Shown piece after piece: positions 48,183-60,744 of a DNA stretch of 62,166 nucleotides. The stretch is taken from assembly GCA_051942205.1 (NCBI GenBank), contig JAVECO010000053.1:62001-124166 (forward strand). Direction: 5' to 3'. The DNA is from Coniocarpon cinnabarinum. Its lineage: Eukaryota. A program made the position numbers and the translations under genes. The notes below the pieces were generated by a model. That model made no database searches. It had not been told where the DNA came from and saw only the letters and a list, made by a program, of their open reading frames with translations. Every line of letters begins with the position of its first letter. The stretch's first letter is position 1.

Positions 48183-49481
48183 TCATGCTTCGTTGCTCAT
48201 CATCCTCGGAAGATTGAGGATGGCGTTGTTCATGGCCTCGTCGAGCAAGGTACTGTCGTTGGCATCGGCGGCTCGGTAGTCATCCAGAGAGGATGAGCTG
48301 GAGAAGTTGAAAACTGCAGACGTGGGAGACGTCTTGCAGCCGCGAATGCCAGTAAGGTCTTCCTTGTCGGAATCGACGTCGAGGCCGTCGAAATCAATGA
48401 GATCATTCATGGTGAATCGGATGTTGTCGTCCATCGGGGAGGGGTTGAGCTTGCCCGCGTTGGAGACGAGATCGCTGGTGGTCAAGTCCAGAGCTTGTCG
48501 ATTCTCTGTCGCATCCTGAGACTCCGTCTGGGTGTTGGTGAAACCACTGTGAGCGTCGGCGAATCCGATGTCCACTGCAGGGAACACGTTTCAGCTGAAC
48601 GTGACACATCGGATTGCTTCAGGTCAGAGGGGTTGATGGTTGACGGGTCAAAGGAGGGGAGCTTGTCGGCGAAGCTGGGACGGTGCTCGGAGTCTTCGAA
48701 GTCATTGGAAGGTGTGCTGGATGTGGATGAGTATGACAGTGATGGCATGGATGATGAACTATCTGTCGAAAAGGTACGTTGAATGGGATCCGCAGGCGTG
48801 ACCGGACGAGAGTGCATTTCGCTCTTGATGCGAGGACTGAAGGTCGATGTCGTGGGAGCACCTCCGGGTCGGCCGCCTAGTTCATCACGTAGGCGCCTGA
48901 TTTCGTTTTCCAAATCGGAATTGTCGATGCGGAGGCGGTCATTCTCGATGCGGAGATTCTCCATTTCGTCTTGTTTGCGCATGCGAGACATGTGTGCCGC
49001 GTGACGGTTGCGTTGAACACGTTCGTACTTGCGTTGGGCTTTCTCTTCCTAAAGGGCAAGCATGTTAGTAAGAATGCAATGTCATGTGACGGGAGGCAGC
49101 AGGTGGGACAGGACGAACATCAGTCTTCGCGCGCTTGCGCGGCGGCAGGTTGGTGGTCGGCTTGGGAAGCACCTGGCCCCATGATTTACGCTTCTTCTTG
49201 GGAGGCTCGGAACCGTCGTCGAATGGGGCGGGATGGCCGCCAGGGAGGGAGACCGAGGATTCCCGCGACGACATGCCCATGGTGTAGGCGTCATTGGAGA
49301 TGTCCTGCGGGTTGATGAAGTCACTAGGCGGAGGCGAGCCCTCGTCCATGATGGAGTCGGGTGGCGTGGGATTGGAAAAGTGATGGTTGTTGATGGGCGC
49401 GAAGGACTGGTGGAGGGAGGAGGTATCCATGATCTGGTGGCTGAGAAAGGGGGAGGGCGATGCAGAGGACGAAGTGGCCAT
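48183..49481 (-). CDS. HAC1: UPR bZIP transcription factor HacA/Hac1 (spliced form; unspliced form stops at 48482)
   Basis: PKKKRKSWGQVLPKPTTNLPPRKRAKT-DEEKAQR..ERV.RNR.AA..SR.RK. Spliceosomal intron 49049-49118 plus IRE1-type intron 48578-48594. Confidence 0.95.
48578..48594 (-). other. Non-canonical IRE1-spliced intron, 17 nt
   Basis: CACGTT-CAG|CTGA-AACGTG and TCC-CTG|CAGT-GGA hairpins with 7-nt CNGNNGN loops. Removal shifts into the 48183-48587 frame. Confidence 0.85.
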
Positions 49482-49491
49482 TTAAGTCGAG

Positions 49492-49533
49492 GCGAGGTGT
49501 TCAGAGAGCGAGGTGTTCAGAGAGCGAGGTGTT
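49492..49533. repeat. 16-bp tandem repeat (x2.6) in HAC1 5' leader
   Basis: GCGAGGTGTTCAGAGA at 49492 and 49508, partial copy at 49524. Confidence 0.9.
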
Positions 49534-51150
49534 GACGAGCGCTCGTTGAGATGATGATAGCATGGCTTCAAGGGGGGAGGAGGAGCTGGGTATTCATAAT
49601 GTCGCGAGTGTGGGTGCGTGGCGTGTGACGCATGGGGGAGGAGGAGGTAGGAGCGCAGGCACGAGCGGACAGGTGGCCTCTTTTTTAGTAGCACGGGACT
49701 CCGGAGGGGCGGCAGGCACACCGGCTGGCCTGTGCGGGACACGGCATCGTCAGTCTTGAAACGCAGGGGCTCGAGGGGGGGGTTAAGGTTTCCACGCCAG
49801 CGCCAGCGTTCCCGCCCCAAACGCGGGCGCTAGGGGCTAGCTGCGCATCTCTGAGCGCTCTTCTCTGACATTCCATCGTCGATGACTGCCCCAAATCGAG
49901 CGTCATCGGTGTCCATGCGTCTCAATGCAGCTCTCGAACCCCAGATCCGCGCTCAAGCCAACGCCGTTTGACCCCATTGACAGTATAATAGGCTCGATCT
50001 GCCGCCCCATCGACGCAACCTCGCCCAAAGCGGGCGTCTCAGCGGCCATCGAGTCGATGACTCCCCTTTGACGTCTCGATCATCGCAAACACCTCCCCCT
50101 TCCCTCTGCCTTGCCCATGCCGCTGCTCTCGCTGTTCCTGCGCGTTCTCGCCCCAGCGCTCGCATATCTTCCGTTCCTGGGGCTGCACTAGGCTGCGGAT
50201 GCCCATGCGGCTCTGTCAGGCACTGGACCCTCCTGCAAGTATCCGCCGCCAACGGGCAAGAACTCTGCCAGGGACGACGAAAATCTGCCGTCGACGGTGC
50301 GGCTCCTCCGCCAAGGGCAACTCTGGAACGTCCTGCAGCGCAACCACGCGCGTTTCGGCTTGTCGTTCATCGACGATCGCGGGGTCCGTTGCACATGCCC
50401 GCGCGGCTCACGCACGTGCTGACCGTGATGTGGCTACGCGTGGTGGTGAGACTCTCACACGCCCCATCTGACGGGCTTCCCTCGGTGGAGCAGCTGCGAG
50501 TCCTCGAAAGGAGATACCAGAGACGTGCGGTCACGTATAGCTGTCCTTCGATCCTGTCTGAAAATAGGCCCCACCGCGCTTCGATCGGACTCTCACGCCT
50601 CCCTCAAGGTCATTCTTACGCTCCGAGCGTCGAGCTCAGACTGCCTGTCTCAACCTCAAGCGTTTCAGGTTGTTCCTGTCTTGCTGTCATCACGACGAAC
50701 ACAAAAAGCGCCTCAAGTCCCTCAGATCGAGCGATCTCCTCGCTACCTCGAGTTGCATCTTCTGCGTTGGAGCAACGTGGCAAATACAGGAATGGGTATG
50801 ACGATCGAACATCGGTCCTTCAAACATCACACCAGGGTGTCATCTTCTTTCGTTCGACACGGGGAGTCTGCGTGCTGCCTGCCAACTATACGAGATTCGA
50901 AAGAGCATAGAGGAGGTCGGACAAAGCACTGCTCGACGTGCTCTCGCCGCTGACGATGCAACTAAATGCCATGATCATTGCTACTACCAAGAGCGCCTAT
51001 CCAATGCACGTAAGGCCACGAATGCAATTAACTTTGATGTTACAGGTTTGACTCCCACCAAACTCCCCGGCCATGCGCTAGAATCATGGTATGAATGCTG
51101 CTGAAATCGAGACCGAATGCGAGTCGCGCCTGGAAGTGGTTCCAGGTGAC

Positions 51151-53646
51151 TCAAGCTGTCTTTGGTATGCCAAGCTGAGCAATCCACTCTAGCACCGTTT
51201 CATAGCACAGTACAAACTGCCTAAGGCTCTGAACCATGCTCAATCGTTGCAATCTGAATTCGTCCACCACACGCTCCACCAAATCAGTGTTGTCCTGGTT
51301 CAGCCATTCACCGTCCACGTTTTGAGGTTTCGGATTGATGCTCGGCGCGTCCATGCCGTTGCCACGCTCGTCAGAATCCAGATCCATTGGCGTCGGCTGT
51401 CGCGGTCTATTACGGTGTCTTCGCTGCCGTTTGAGAATGTCAACGACAGTGTCCACCGTGCAAAAGGTCCCGGTGCGGCCACAGCCGGCACTGCAGTGGA
51501 CGAGGACGGGACGGGCGCTGGGAGGCTCTGGCCCGTCACTTGGCCCAGTGCTTGTGGTATGAATGACGCCGTCACACTGCTCGACCAATCTCAGTAGATG
51601 CACTGGATGAGCAGGCGTTCCAAAGTCTGGCCAGCTTGTATACTGCAGATGGGTCACTTCTCGCATGCGCTCAAATGGATGGTTATCGTGCGTAATCGTA
51701 AATTTGCGGACAATCACGGCTGGTTGCTCTTCGTGCCTCGAGTCAGTGTCGTCGGTCGAGGAGCCAGGAAGACCGAGGTGAGAAGATCGCCGCTGAGCAT
51801 GCTTCTTCTCGGCAGGATTCTTGAGTCTGGTGCCATCCAGTGATGCTCTATTTTCGGAGTGAAAATTGATCTTGACCGGACCATACCGCTTTTCACTCCA
51901 ATAATTATGCGCCTTGATTTGTCCACCCTCGGACTCGGCCGTCAACATGACAATGACCTTAACATCGCGCTGCCAGACCATGTTCCAGAAATCTCCAAAC
52001 GTCGCAGGGATTGGACCCTGCGTGGCAATATATTTCTTATGGGATAGGGATGTCTGTATGAAATTCGCATTGACGTAGTCACATGCATTTTGCGGGACCC
52101 CTATTAGCCGCACACGTGAATGTTCGAACGGGAAAATGTTGTTGTATCGGTTCTTGGTGCCCTTTTCAATACCAGCAATCTCGACTTGTTCCACCGGTCC
52201 AATGCTCGGACTGGTTACCATGGAATTATCTCCAGACAGAGCTTGTTGCATGCGCTTCTGCTCACGTTTCTCGATTCTCAGAAATTTGTTGGAAACTGTC
52301 TTGCCGTGATCATGCTCATTGACGGCTTTTCGCAGCCACAATGGCAGCTCTTCGATGTCACGTTTGTTCAGACCGGAGGGACAGTGCACTGGCATCTGCC
52401 CAACGCCATCCATCAGATCCATGTTCTGACGAATGTTGCCGAAAAACGGATTGGCAGCAGTTTTGGTCGCGGGCATGGGGCATCCACCCATGACGGGTGG
52501 CAGATCCGCATTTTCAGAACGAATCGCCAATTTTGCGGATACGCTAGAAATTCCTCCAGATGCGGAGTCCTCCACATCGTGTGGGCACTTCTGCGCAGCC
52601 TCTTGGAATCCACCGCGTACAACGAAGCTCTGTCCCTTCCAGCCCTCCGACGAAAACTTTTTGAGAATATTGACGCAATTGGAGGCCTCTTTCAGTTGTG
52701 AAGAGCTGTTGTCGTACATAATAAGAATATTGCAAGACTGCCATGAACTGAACTTTGCTTTCTTTGCGTCGTCCTTGAACGTATCTGCAAGTCGAGATAC
52801 GTTGTATGATGGTCGCTTCAGCAGGGTAGTAGGAATGCAGAGGTTGAGTGCGCCTTTTAAGTGTGCTTCTGCATATTGTGTCGAGACTCGTAAATCCAGT
52901 AGCAGGGCCTGGTCACCGTTCTCGTTCATGAGGTTGACGGCATGCTGGGGTGTAATGAAAGCCGGAGCATCTGCTTCGCTTGGTGACGCGATTGTGCTCG
53001 ATCGGTGATGTGTTTGATCTTTTACGACGGGTGGCGTTGCTCTGGGCGGTAGGGACAAACGACCCAGGTTTTCGCCCTGCCTTCGAGTCGGGCTGCCCAA
53101 AGAGCGCGAAGAGGCTTTATCATTGAAGTCCGCAGGCGACTGCCGCCGAGGACTGTTGAACAGAAGCTCAGGTTCAGAAGACAACAGTCGTTTTGGAGAT
53201 CTTGAGTGTTGTGTGATGACATCTTCTGCTTCAATTCTAGGACAAGGTGGCGGCGCCGAAGTCGAAGGTGGAATTCCAGGGGAGGAAGTCTGTTGTTTTC
53301 GCGCTGACTTAAAAGATGAAGGCGGTATGGGTAAGGATACAGGATTGTGTAGGGGTGGGATGGAGTTGTTTCTTGTAAGATTGGCGCGGTTCTCCTCCGA
53401 TTGTTTCAGGAACGCCTCGTAATCGGGATTCGTGCCCACAATCTTTTGTGGAGAAGTGGCTGCAGCCGAAAAGAAATGGGAGTTGTCCGTAGTCCAGGGT
53501 GTTTGAGCGACGCCAGAGCCCGTAGACTTTACCGTAGTTGATGCAGGATCTACCTGAAGGCCAAAGTAATTGGGACTTGCAGACCCTCCCGGGTGACGGT
53601 TTGGTAGATGATTCGGTGTCTTCGGTGAGAGCAAGGGTGCCATCAT
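51151..53646 (-). CDS. Protein tyrosine phosphatase with N-terminal rhodanese domain (Ptp2/Ptp3/Pyp1-like)
   Basis: LLDLR...Y...HLKGALNLCIPTTLLKR; KNRY.NIFP; YIATQGP; WPDFG; VHCSAGCGRTG; MVQSLRQF. Confidence 0.95.
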   Translation of the reverse strand: MMAPLLSPKTPNHLPNRHPGGSASPNYFGLQVDPASTTVKSTGSGVAQTPWTTDNSHFFSAAATSPQKIVGTNPDYEAFLKQSEENRANLTRNNSIPPLHNPVSLPIPPSSFKSARKQQTSSPGIPPSTSAPPPCPRIEAEDVITQHSRSPKRLLSSEPELLFNSPRRQSPADFNDKASSRSLGSPTRRQGENLGRLSLPPRATPPVVKDQTHHRSSTIASPSEADAPAFITPQHAVNLMNENGDQALLLDLRVSTQYAEAHLKGALNLCIPTTLLKRPSYNVSRLADTFKDDAKKAKFSSWQSCNILIMYDNSSSQLKEASNCVNILKKFSSEGWKGQSFVVRGGFQEAAQKCPHDVEDSASGGISSVSAKLAIRSENADLPPVMGGCPMPATKTAANPFFGNIRQNMDLMDGVGQMPVHCPSGLNKRDIEELPLWLRKAVNEHDHGKTVSNKFLRIEKREQKRMQQALSGDNSMVTSPSIGPVEQVEIAGIEKGTKNRYNNIFPFEHSRVRLIGVPQNACDYVNANFIQTSLSHKKYIATQGPIPATFGDFWNMVWQRDVKVIVMLTAESEGGQIKAHNYWSEKRYGPVKINFHSENRASLDGTRLKNPAEKKHAQRRSSHLGLPGSSTDDTDSRHEEQPAVIVRKFTITHDNHPFERMREVTHLQYTSWPDFGTPAHPVHLLRLVEQCDGVIHTTSTGPSDGPEPPSARPVLVHCSAGCGRTGTFCTVDTVVDILKRQRRHRNRPRQPTPMDLDSDERGNGMDAPSINPKPQNVDGEWLNQDNTDLVERVVDEFRLQRLSMVQSLRQFVLCYETVLEWIAQLGIPKTA

Positions 53647-54996
53647 TGCCAGCAGTCAACCGTTGGACTGCAAACGCTTGGACCGACCGACTGACTGGCG
53701 AGGGATGAACGAGAGAGTTTTTGCGCAGTGAACAAGCGAGCGAGCGAGCTAGCGACGTAAGGATTTGTCGGACTGGGAAAGGTCAAGGAGGCATCATTTG
53801 ACGTCAGATGCAAGCACGCACAGCGGCGGAGAGTAGCGGTTGAGGTGCACGTGCTGAAACATGAGGGCGATATACAGAGCGGAGCGAAGTCATGGAGGCA
53901 TATTCAAGGTAGGATAGGCCGGCGGCGATGGAGGAAAGAATCACAGGACAGACAGCCTCATGGGACTGCAAGGGATGCGGCTGTAAGGTATCCTTAGGTA
54001 TGCTCTACAGGATGACGTAGTGGTGGCGGCGGATCTTTGCTCCTGCACAACGCCAGGTCACGCCCACTGCTCCCTCTTTGACGTTCGCAGCGCCTCCTTT
54101 CCTCTGCGTCGACATCTGTGATGTCCCAGTCGATTTGATCGGCAAAGCAACCCTGCAGCGGTCTTCCTGGTGACAATGTCGCAAGGGCCTCGTAGGAAAG
54201 TACTTGCCGCACTTTAATTCGGCGTCTTCTGAGTCGCAAAGCACTTTCGCCGTTGTACTCATAGCCTTGTGACTTAACATGTTCGTACTGTACAGACTCG
54301 TCGCCTAGACCGAAATCTGGCAAGGACTTTTGTCCATGCCCCTTGTCGTGCTTTTGGTTGAGGAAGTCTCGAATCCCGACGTCCAGATTCAGGATCTGAC
54401 ATCCGGGGTTCAGCCCTAGCGCAAGGGGCGCTTAAGGCGTCACTCTCTATCGCTTTTCGCCCCAACGCCTTCATTTTACCCGCACTACCTGAGTGGCCAC
54501 AATGTGAGGTAAGAAGCAGTCGCTTCCGATGCGCAGTCTGCACATTCCAGGTCATTCTCAATGTTCGATCGCGCCCGTGACATTTCTGCGTGGTTTTCGA
54601 TGACATTCGCAAGCGGTGCAGACAAGACAAAGAAGGCGAAAGGTCTACCTACCTGCCCAGTCTTAGTCCTCGACGCATGCAGTCTTCCTGGCCTGTTCCC
54701 GAGTCCTCCCCACTCGCAGTAATATTGCTATGACCCACTCAACCCACTTGGACTATCTGAAGGGTATGCATGCGTTGACAGCAATCAGCCGCTTCTTTCT
54801 CCTTTATCAATCCTGCTGTCACATCTCTCTGGACCGCACGAACATAACCGGATGTGCTTATCAGCTCACTGGCTGTCGTTGGCGTCCGGCAACTTACGAA
54901 TGCACAACGATAGCTGCGAGGGCGGAGGGTTCTGTAGAAATGACAGGGCGCGCCTGGCAGAACGTTCTGTAGTGCGCGCCGTTGATCTGGCCCTTT

Positions 54997-56230
54997 TCAT
55001 TTCCAGAGCTTGGACAGAGATGTCTGCTTGTCGTCGTGCTTGTTCAATACTTTAGCAGTTGCTAAATCAAAGTCCTCCTGAGTGACATGCACGCGACGCT
55101 CCCTCAGGGCGTACATGCCAGCTTCTGTGCAAACACCTTTCAGCTCAGCTCCAGAGCACCCATTCATCTTCTCCGCCACCTTGGTGAGATTGATGCCTCT
55201 GGTCAGGTTCATGCTGCGGCTGTGTATGCGCAGAATGTCCGCTCGCGCTTCTACTGTTGGCGGAGGGAACTCAATCTTTCTGTCTATCCGGCCAGGTCGA
55301 AGCAGTGCGGGATCTAGAATGTCTAATCGATTTGTTGCCATGACGACTTTGATATTCTTAGTAGGCTCAAACCCGTCCAGTTGATTCAGCAGCTCAAGCA
55401 TGGTCCGCTGTACTTCCGAGTCTCCACCGCTGCTGCCTTCCACACGACTGGACCCGATGCTGTCGATCTCGTCCATGAAGATGATACTGGGTGCGTGCTC
55501 TCGGGCCATGACGAACAGTTCGCGCACCATTCGACTGCCTTCGCCAATGTATTTTTGAACTAATTCGCTGCCGCTGACTCTGATAAATTTGCAGGCAGTG
55601 TGGTGCGCAACTGCTCGAGCGAGCAAGGTCTTGCCAGTACCGGGCGGGCCATACAGGAGGACGCCTTTCGGTTGTGCGATTCCTAGTGACTCGAACAATT
55701 CGGGATGTTTGAGACCCAGCTCGATGACTTCCTTGATCTCTTTGATTTGCTGGTCTAGCCCGCCGATCATGTCGTATGTGGAGTCAGGAACTTTCTCTAC
55801 CATCATCAGTGAGACTAGAGGGTCGACCGATGAAGGAAGCATTTTCTCGAGCTTATATGAATCGGATAGCAGGGTGACTCGCTTGCCAACGGTGAGTTTG
55901 CCAATGTCAACGTTGTCTGAGACGTCAACGACTGCGAGTGAGGTGTCAGCATGATATTCAATGGAGTACATTGTGTCCCGCAGTCTTCGACGCACCGTAT
56001 TTGCCCTCGGGATGCACTTTCACCAGAACCTTCTTCGTACTCATGACTTTGACGACTTCGCCGACATAAGACCCCGGTTGCTGGAGCAGCCCCAGCTCTT
56101 CACGAAGTAATCGGACACGAGAATTGTAGTCATTGCGCTGTGCTTCCAACCGCCGCAGCTTTGCTTGACCTTGTAATATCTCCAGCTTCATGCCCTCAAT
56201 CTTGTTGCGATAGAATGTGTTTAGGGCCAT
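54997..56230 (-). CDS. RPT6: 26S proteasome AAA-ATPase subunit Rpt6
   Basis: [44 protein letters not shown]-terminal KLWK. Intron 55932-55995. Confidence 0.97.
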
Positions 56231-56789
56231 GGCGGCTGGTGCGGCGATGCGGTGCTGCCCTCAAGACGGAGTTGATTGAGACGGCGAAGCTGTTTCGTCA
56301 AAGTAGTGACCCTGTGATTGTCCGAATGCCCAGTAGTGAAGGAATGAGTACAATGTGAAGGGTAGCAGACGGATAATACTGTTACCAAAGTATGGAGATG
56401 ATGCGCGTACTCTTGGTACCTTACAGACGCATGGAAATTCATCTCACGGATGTCCAGATGCGGCAAAGGACGGAGATAAGCGGATACAAGCAGTCTCTGG
56501 GGGGCACTGCAAGAGTCAGCAACACCCAGCTGGTGGGTTTGGCGTGGTTAGGTTGATGCTTATCGAGTCTCCATGCATCACCTGTTCCCTTGGCCTGCTA
56601 TCATCTGACGCACGCAATTTGCAGCTTCTGGCCTGCGTGAAACTTTCACCAGCTCGCCCTCGCTGTGGGGCTGTCTGTGGGGAATCCTGCTCTGCCCTAT
56701 ATCTGCCGGCGCGGTGCTCTGCTCTTTGTCTGAACAGCGTGTCCCGCGGAATGGCCCTACCGCCCACCACTCTTTCAGCGTGCTAAATC

Positions 56790-59700
56790 ATGGCCGACGA
56801 CCTCCGGCACCCACGCCGGGATCCCCCAGTAGAAAGCGCTGCCCAAACTTCTCCTGCACCAGACCACATATCCAGACCTCGACCGGAGATTGCTCATCAG
56901 GACTCCGTGAGGACCATGCCCTCCGCACAGTCCAGTAGACTCAGTGGTAGGTGTCACAACGTCCATGCATGCACGTGGATCTGATTTCGTAGATCATAGT
57001 TGCTGATTCTCTTTCGTTTCTCCAGAGACCTCACAAGTGCTCGGCTCGCAGGAGCCCCAGTCGCCCGCCACCTCACGTTCACAGCGCCCGTTGCCACGCA
57101 GACCCTCAGCCAGGAATTTACCTCGTCGCGGACAGGAGTTCTCCGTGGACGATGCCAGCCAAGAAATCGAACAGGAGCGACAACACGTCCTGACGCGCAG
57201 AAACACGAGCAGCAACAATCGAGCCCCGTCGACCGTGAGGCGGCGGCAGACAGCACAACCACCTCGCCTACCCTTCATTCACGCTCCTGAAGAAGATGAG
57301 GAGGATCACTTCTCTCCCCCACAGCGCTCCGCGACCGCCGAGCCCGCCGCTGGCACTTTGTCAAGGCGGACCACATTTGAAGGGCGTTCCAAAAGTGCCA
57401 ACGAGACCAGAGAGGAGCCGCATCCAGAAGATCAACATGAAGCAAGCGGCGACGATGACGATGATGAGACCCCCGTTGACGAGGACGCCGACCTCAGTGA
57501 TGCCGAGAGCTTTACTTTGAAAGATAGGCAGGACGCTATCAACGAGACACATCCGTTCGGCATTCGGATCTGGAAGCCTGCGCTTTACAAGAAAGGCCGA
57601 TCCGTGGAGAAGGAAGCTGAGGGCGACATCCATTCGGCGCCCGGTGGTCGAGTCAACGCCTGGCTTTCGCTATTTAATTGGCTCTGGACTTTGGTTTTTG
57701 GATGGTGGCTGGCTCTTATCGCAGGCGTTGGAGGCAGTCTTTGTCTCTTGCTTGGATTTGTTCCAGGATGCATGGACTACGGGCATCTGCTCTGGGGATT
57801 CGCATTTTACATTTTCTACCCCTTTGGCAAATACGTCAGTTTAATACACGAAGAAGCATATGCCCATGAGGACGAAGGCGAGGCCAGAAGCATCAGTGAG
57901 TATGAAAGATGGCAACAAGGCGACCTTGAAGAGGGACGACTCTTCTTCGGTCCTGTTCGCAGCATCATCGGTCGGCATCGAAGTCAAGACGACTCAGACG
58001 ATGAGACCTCGTCGCTCCTTGGCCATGAGCATGGCGGTAACGCCACCAATGACTCGGCGCCAGCTCGAAAAGCTCGATTGTTTGGAAGAGGAAAATGGAC
58101 GGCAGGCCGAATCGTCTACTTCATTCTGTTCTACGGGCTACTTGCCATACCCCTGCTACTGGTAGCAGGTATTTGCTGGCTTCTAGTATTTACCTTGCCA
58201 ATGGCCCGTGTCACCGCATATTTGTTCAAGCATCTCCGGCAACGCCCGCTCTCTTTAGAGTTCCACGACGAAAGCACATACACCCGCAGGAAGGATGCCG
58301 CTCCATCTGCCATCATTCTTTGCACATACCGTGCAGTGGGACTGAAATACTGGAAGTACACTGTGGATGGCACCAACATCTTCCTTATCAACCTTCTAGG
58401 TGTAGTCGCTTTTGTGATCTTCGACTATTGGGTCCTGTTCAATGCCATGGGTCTCGACATTGCCATCACGAACAATATCTTCATTTTCCTGTTGGCACTG
58501 TTCTCGATCGTACCCTTGGCGTACTTCATTGGACAAGCTGTCGCATCGATATCAGCTCAGTCATCAATGGGTTTGGGTGCGGCGATCAACGCATTCTTCT
58601 CGACCGTGGTAGAGGTGTTTCTCTACTGCGTTGCATTGCATGAGGGTAAGCCAAAGATCGTCGAAGGAAGCATCATTGGCAGCATCTTCGCCGGGATTCT
58701 GTTCCTGCCTGGTATATCCATGTGCTTTGGCGCCATCAAACGCAAGACTCAACGCTTCAATCAGCGCTCAGCCGGCGTCACGTCCACCATGTTACTCTTC
58801 GCCGTGATTGGCGCTTTCAGTCCGACCTTGTTCTATCAGATCTACGGCGCCCACGAAATGAGCTGTCATCAGTGCAAGGACGAGATGGGTGCTCCCCTCG
58901 ACCGAGACTGTCGTCGCTGCTTCTTTGCCCAGATTCCTGCGGTTCGTGATCCCTTCTATCAAAACGCCATCCGTCCATACAGTTGGTTCGCCTCCGTCCT
59001 CTTGTTCCTCTCATACATTATTGGCCTCTGGTTCACGCTGCGCACCCACGCCGCGACCATATGGAACACCGAGCTTGAAGAAAGAGAGAAAGAGAAGAGA
59101 CTCCAAGCCCAGCTTCCACCATTCAACAAGCCATCCTCTTTGGACTACGGGGCCATGGGTGCAACTGCTCCCAATACTCCCAAACCGCCTCAGCTCAGCC
59201 CTGCTAACCCCGTCTCCCGCGCCGACATCCGTGATTCACACCTCTACAAACGCATCCTAAACCAAGCACTCCAGCAGGCGGGCATGCAGCCATCGCCCAG
59301 CCCAGCACCCACCGTCGACGGCAGTATCAAATCCATAGACACCATCCGGCCCCCTGAACCCTCCCCCGAGCAGCAACAGTCTCGACTTACACCCGAAAAT
59401 GTTCGCTCTCGCCAGCCGTCTCTCCAAATGTCCTCCCTCACCGACTCCGACGCTGCCCGTCTCGCCCAGTACGTCGCCGAAATGGCTGCCACCGCTGCTA
59501 CCGTCGCCGCCCGCGACGCCACGCAAAACCCGCGCAAAGCGTCTTTTCTCGCCAAATCCTCCGCCACTGCTCCCCCATCAACCACCCAAACCCCGGCTCT
59601 ACCACAGCAAGGCGCTCAAACGCCGGCGCCGGACCTCGCGGCTTCTGCCGTCGCTGAACAGCCTGCCGCTGGCGGCCATGACGCACCCAATTGGGGCCGC

Positions 59701-60327
59701 ACGAAGAGCTACACCATTCTCCTTACTGCCACCATAGCCTACGCCATCATCGCCGAGATCCTGGTGAACACTGTTGATGCTGTCCTCGCCTCCGTCGACA
59801 TCGATCAGAAGTTCTTGGGTATTACGCTTTTCGCTTTGGTACCTAACACGACTGAATTCCTCAACGCCATCTCCTTTGCCATGAACGGCAATATAGCATT
59901 AAGCATGGAAATCGGCTCCGCCTACGCATTGCAAGTGTGTCTCCTTCAAATTCCCGCACTGGTGTTGTTCTCCGCCATCTACGCACAGAAGCTCGGCGAT
60001 CCCGTCGTCGCGGTGGAACACACATTCACACTACTGTTTCCGCAATGGGACATGGTGACTGTGATATTGTGTGTCTTCTTGCTGAGCTATATGTACGGTG
60101 AGGGGAAGAGTAACTACTTCAAGGGGAGTATTCTCATTTTGAGTTATCTTGTCGTGGTCACCGGTTTCGCGCTGGCGGGACGGAATGAGGTCGATGTGGA
60201 GAATCCTAATGAGGTGTTTATGAGTTTCTATCGACCGCCTTTGATGGGGTCTGGTGGTACTGGGATGGGTGGTGGTGCTGGTGCTGGTGGTGTCGGTGGC
60301 ATGGCGCAACAACGTGTGGATTTGTGA
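56790..60327 (+). CDS. VNX1: Vacuolar cation/H+ antiporter, Vnx1 type (CaCA family)
   Basis: ESFTLKDRQDAINETHPFGIRIWKPALYKK; YTVDGTNI; GGHDAPNW; PNTTEFLNAISFA; GKSNYFKG. Intron 56947-57025. Confidence 0.93.
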
Positions 60328-60744
60328 TGCGTCTCACTTATCTGATGCGTCCTGGAGGTGAAGACGATAGTACGGTGGCGTTGATGCGGCTTTGAGAGAA
60401 AAGCAGACTAGTCTAAGAGGCGTTGGAGGCTAATGTCAAGATCACTCGAGGTGTAGTATCCAAGGGCACTCGAGGCGTGATTTCGAAGGCTGCGCAGAAC
60501 TGCCATCGAGAGGCACCCAAGACTGCTTCCGCTAAGCGCAGGAAGCCGAGTCCGTGGTGAGCTCAGGATTGACGCAGACAGGCGATGCGCAGGGCCAGTC
60601 AGGGCGATCATCTGGAAAACGGCGTTTGCTTTGTATGGGACGCATGGATCGGGTTGATTGCATAGTAGGAAACGGGCTGGAAATAGCCATGTAGCACGAC
60701 GTCAATGTTGCATATTTCGTATTATCACTTTACTTTGTTTTCCT

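Noticed and set aside
50068..50910. 280-aa ORF upstream of HAC1
   Set aside because: TTG start, Arg/Ser/Pro-rich, no domain; likely GC-rich promoter DNA.
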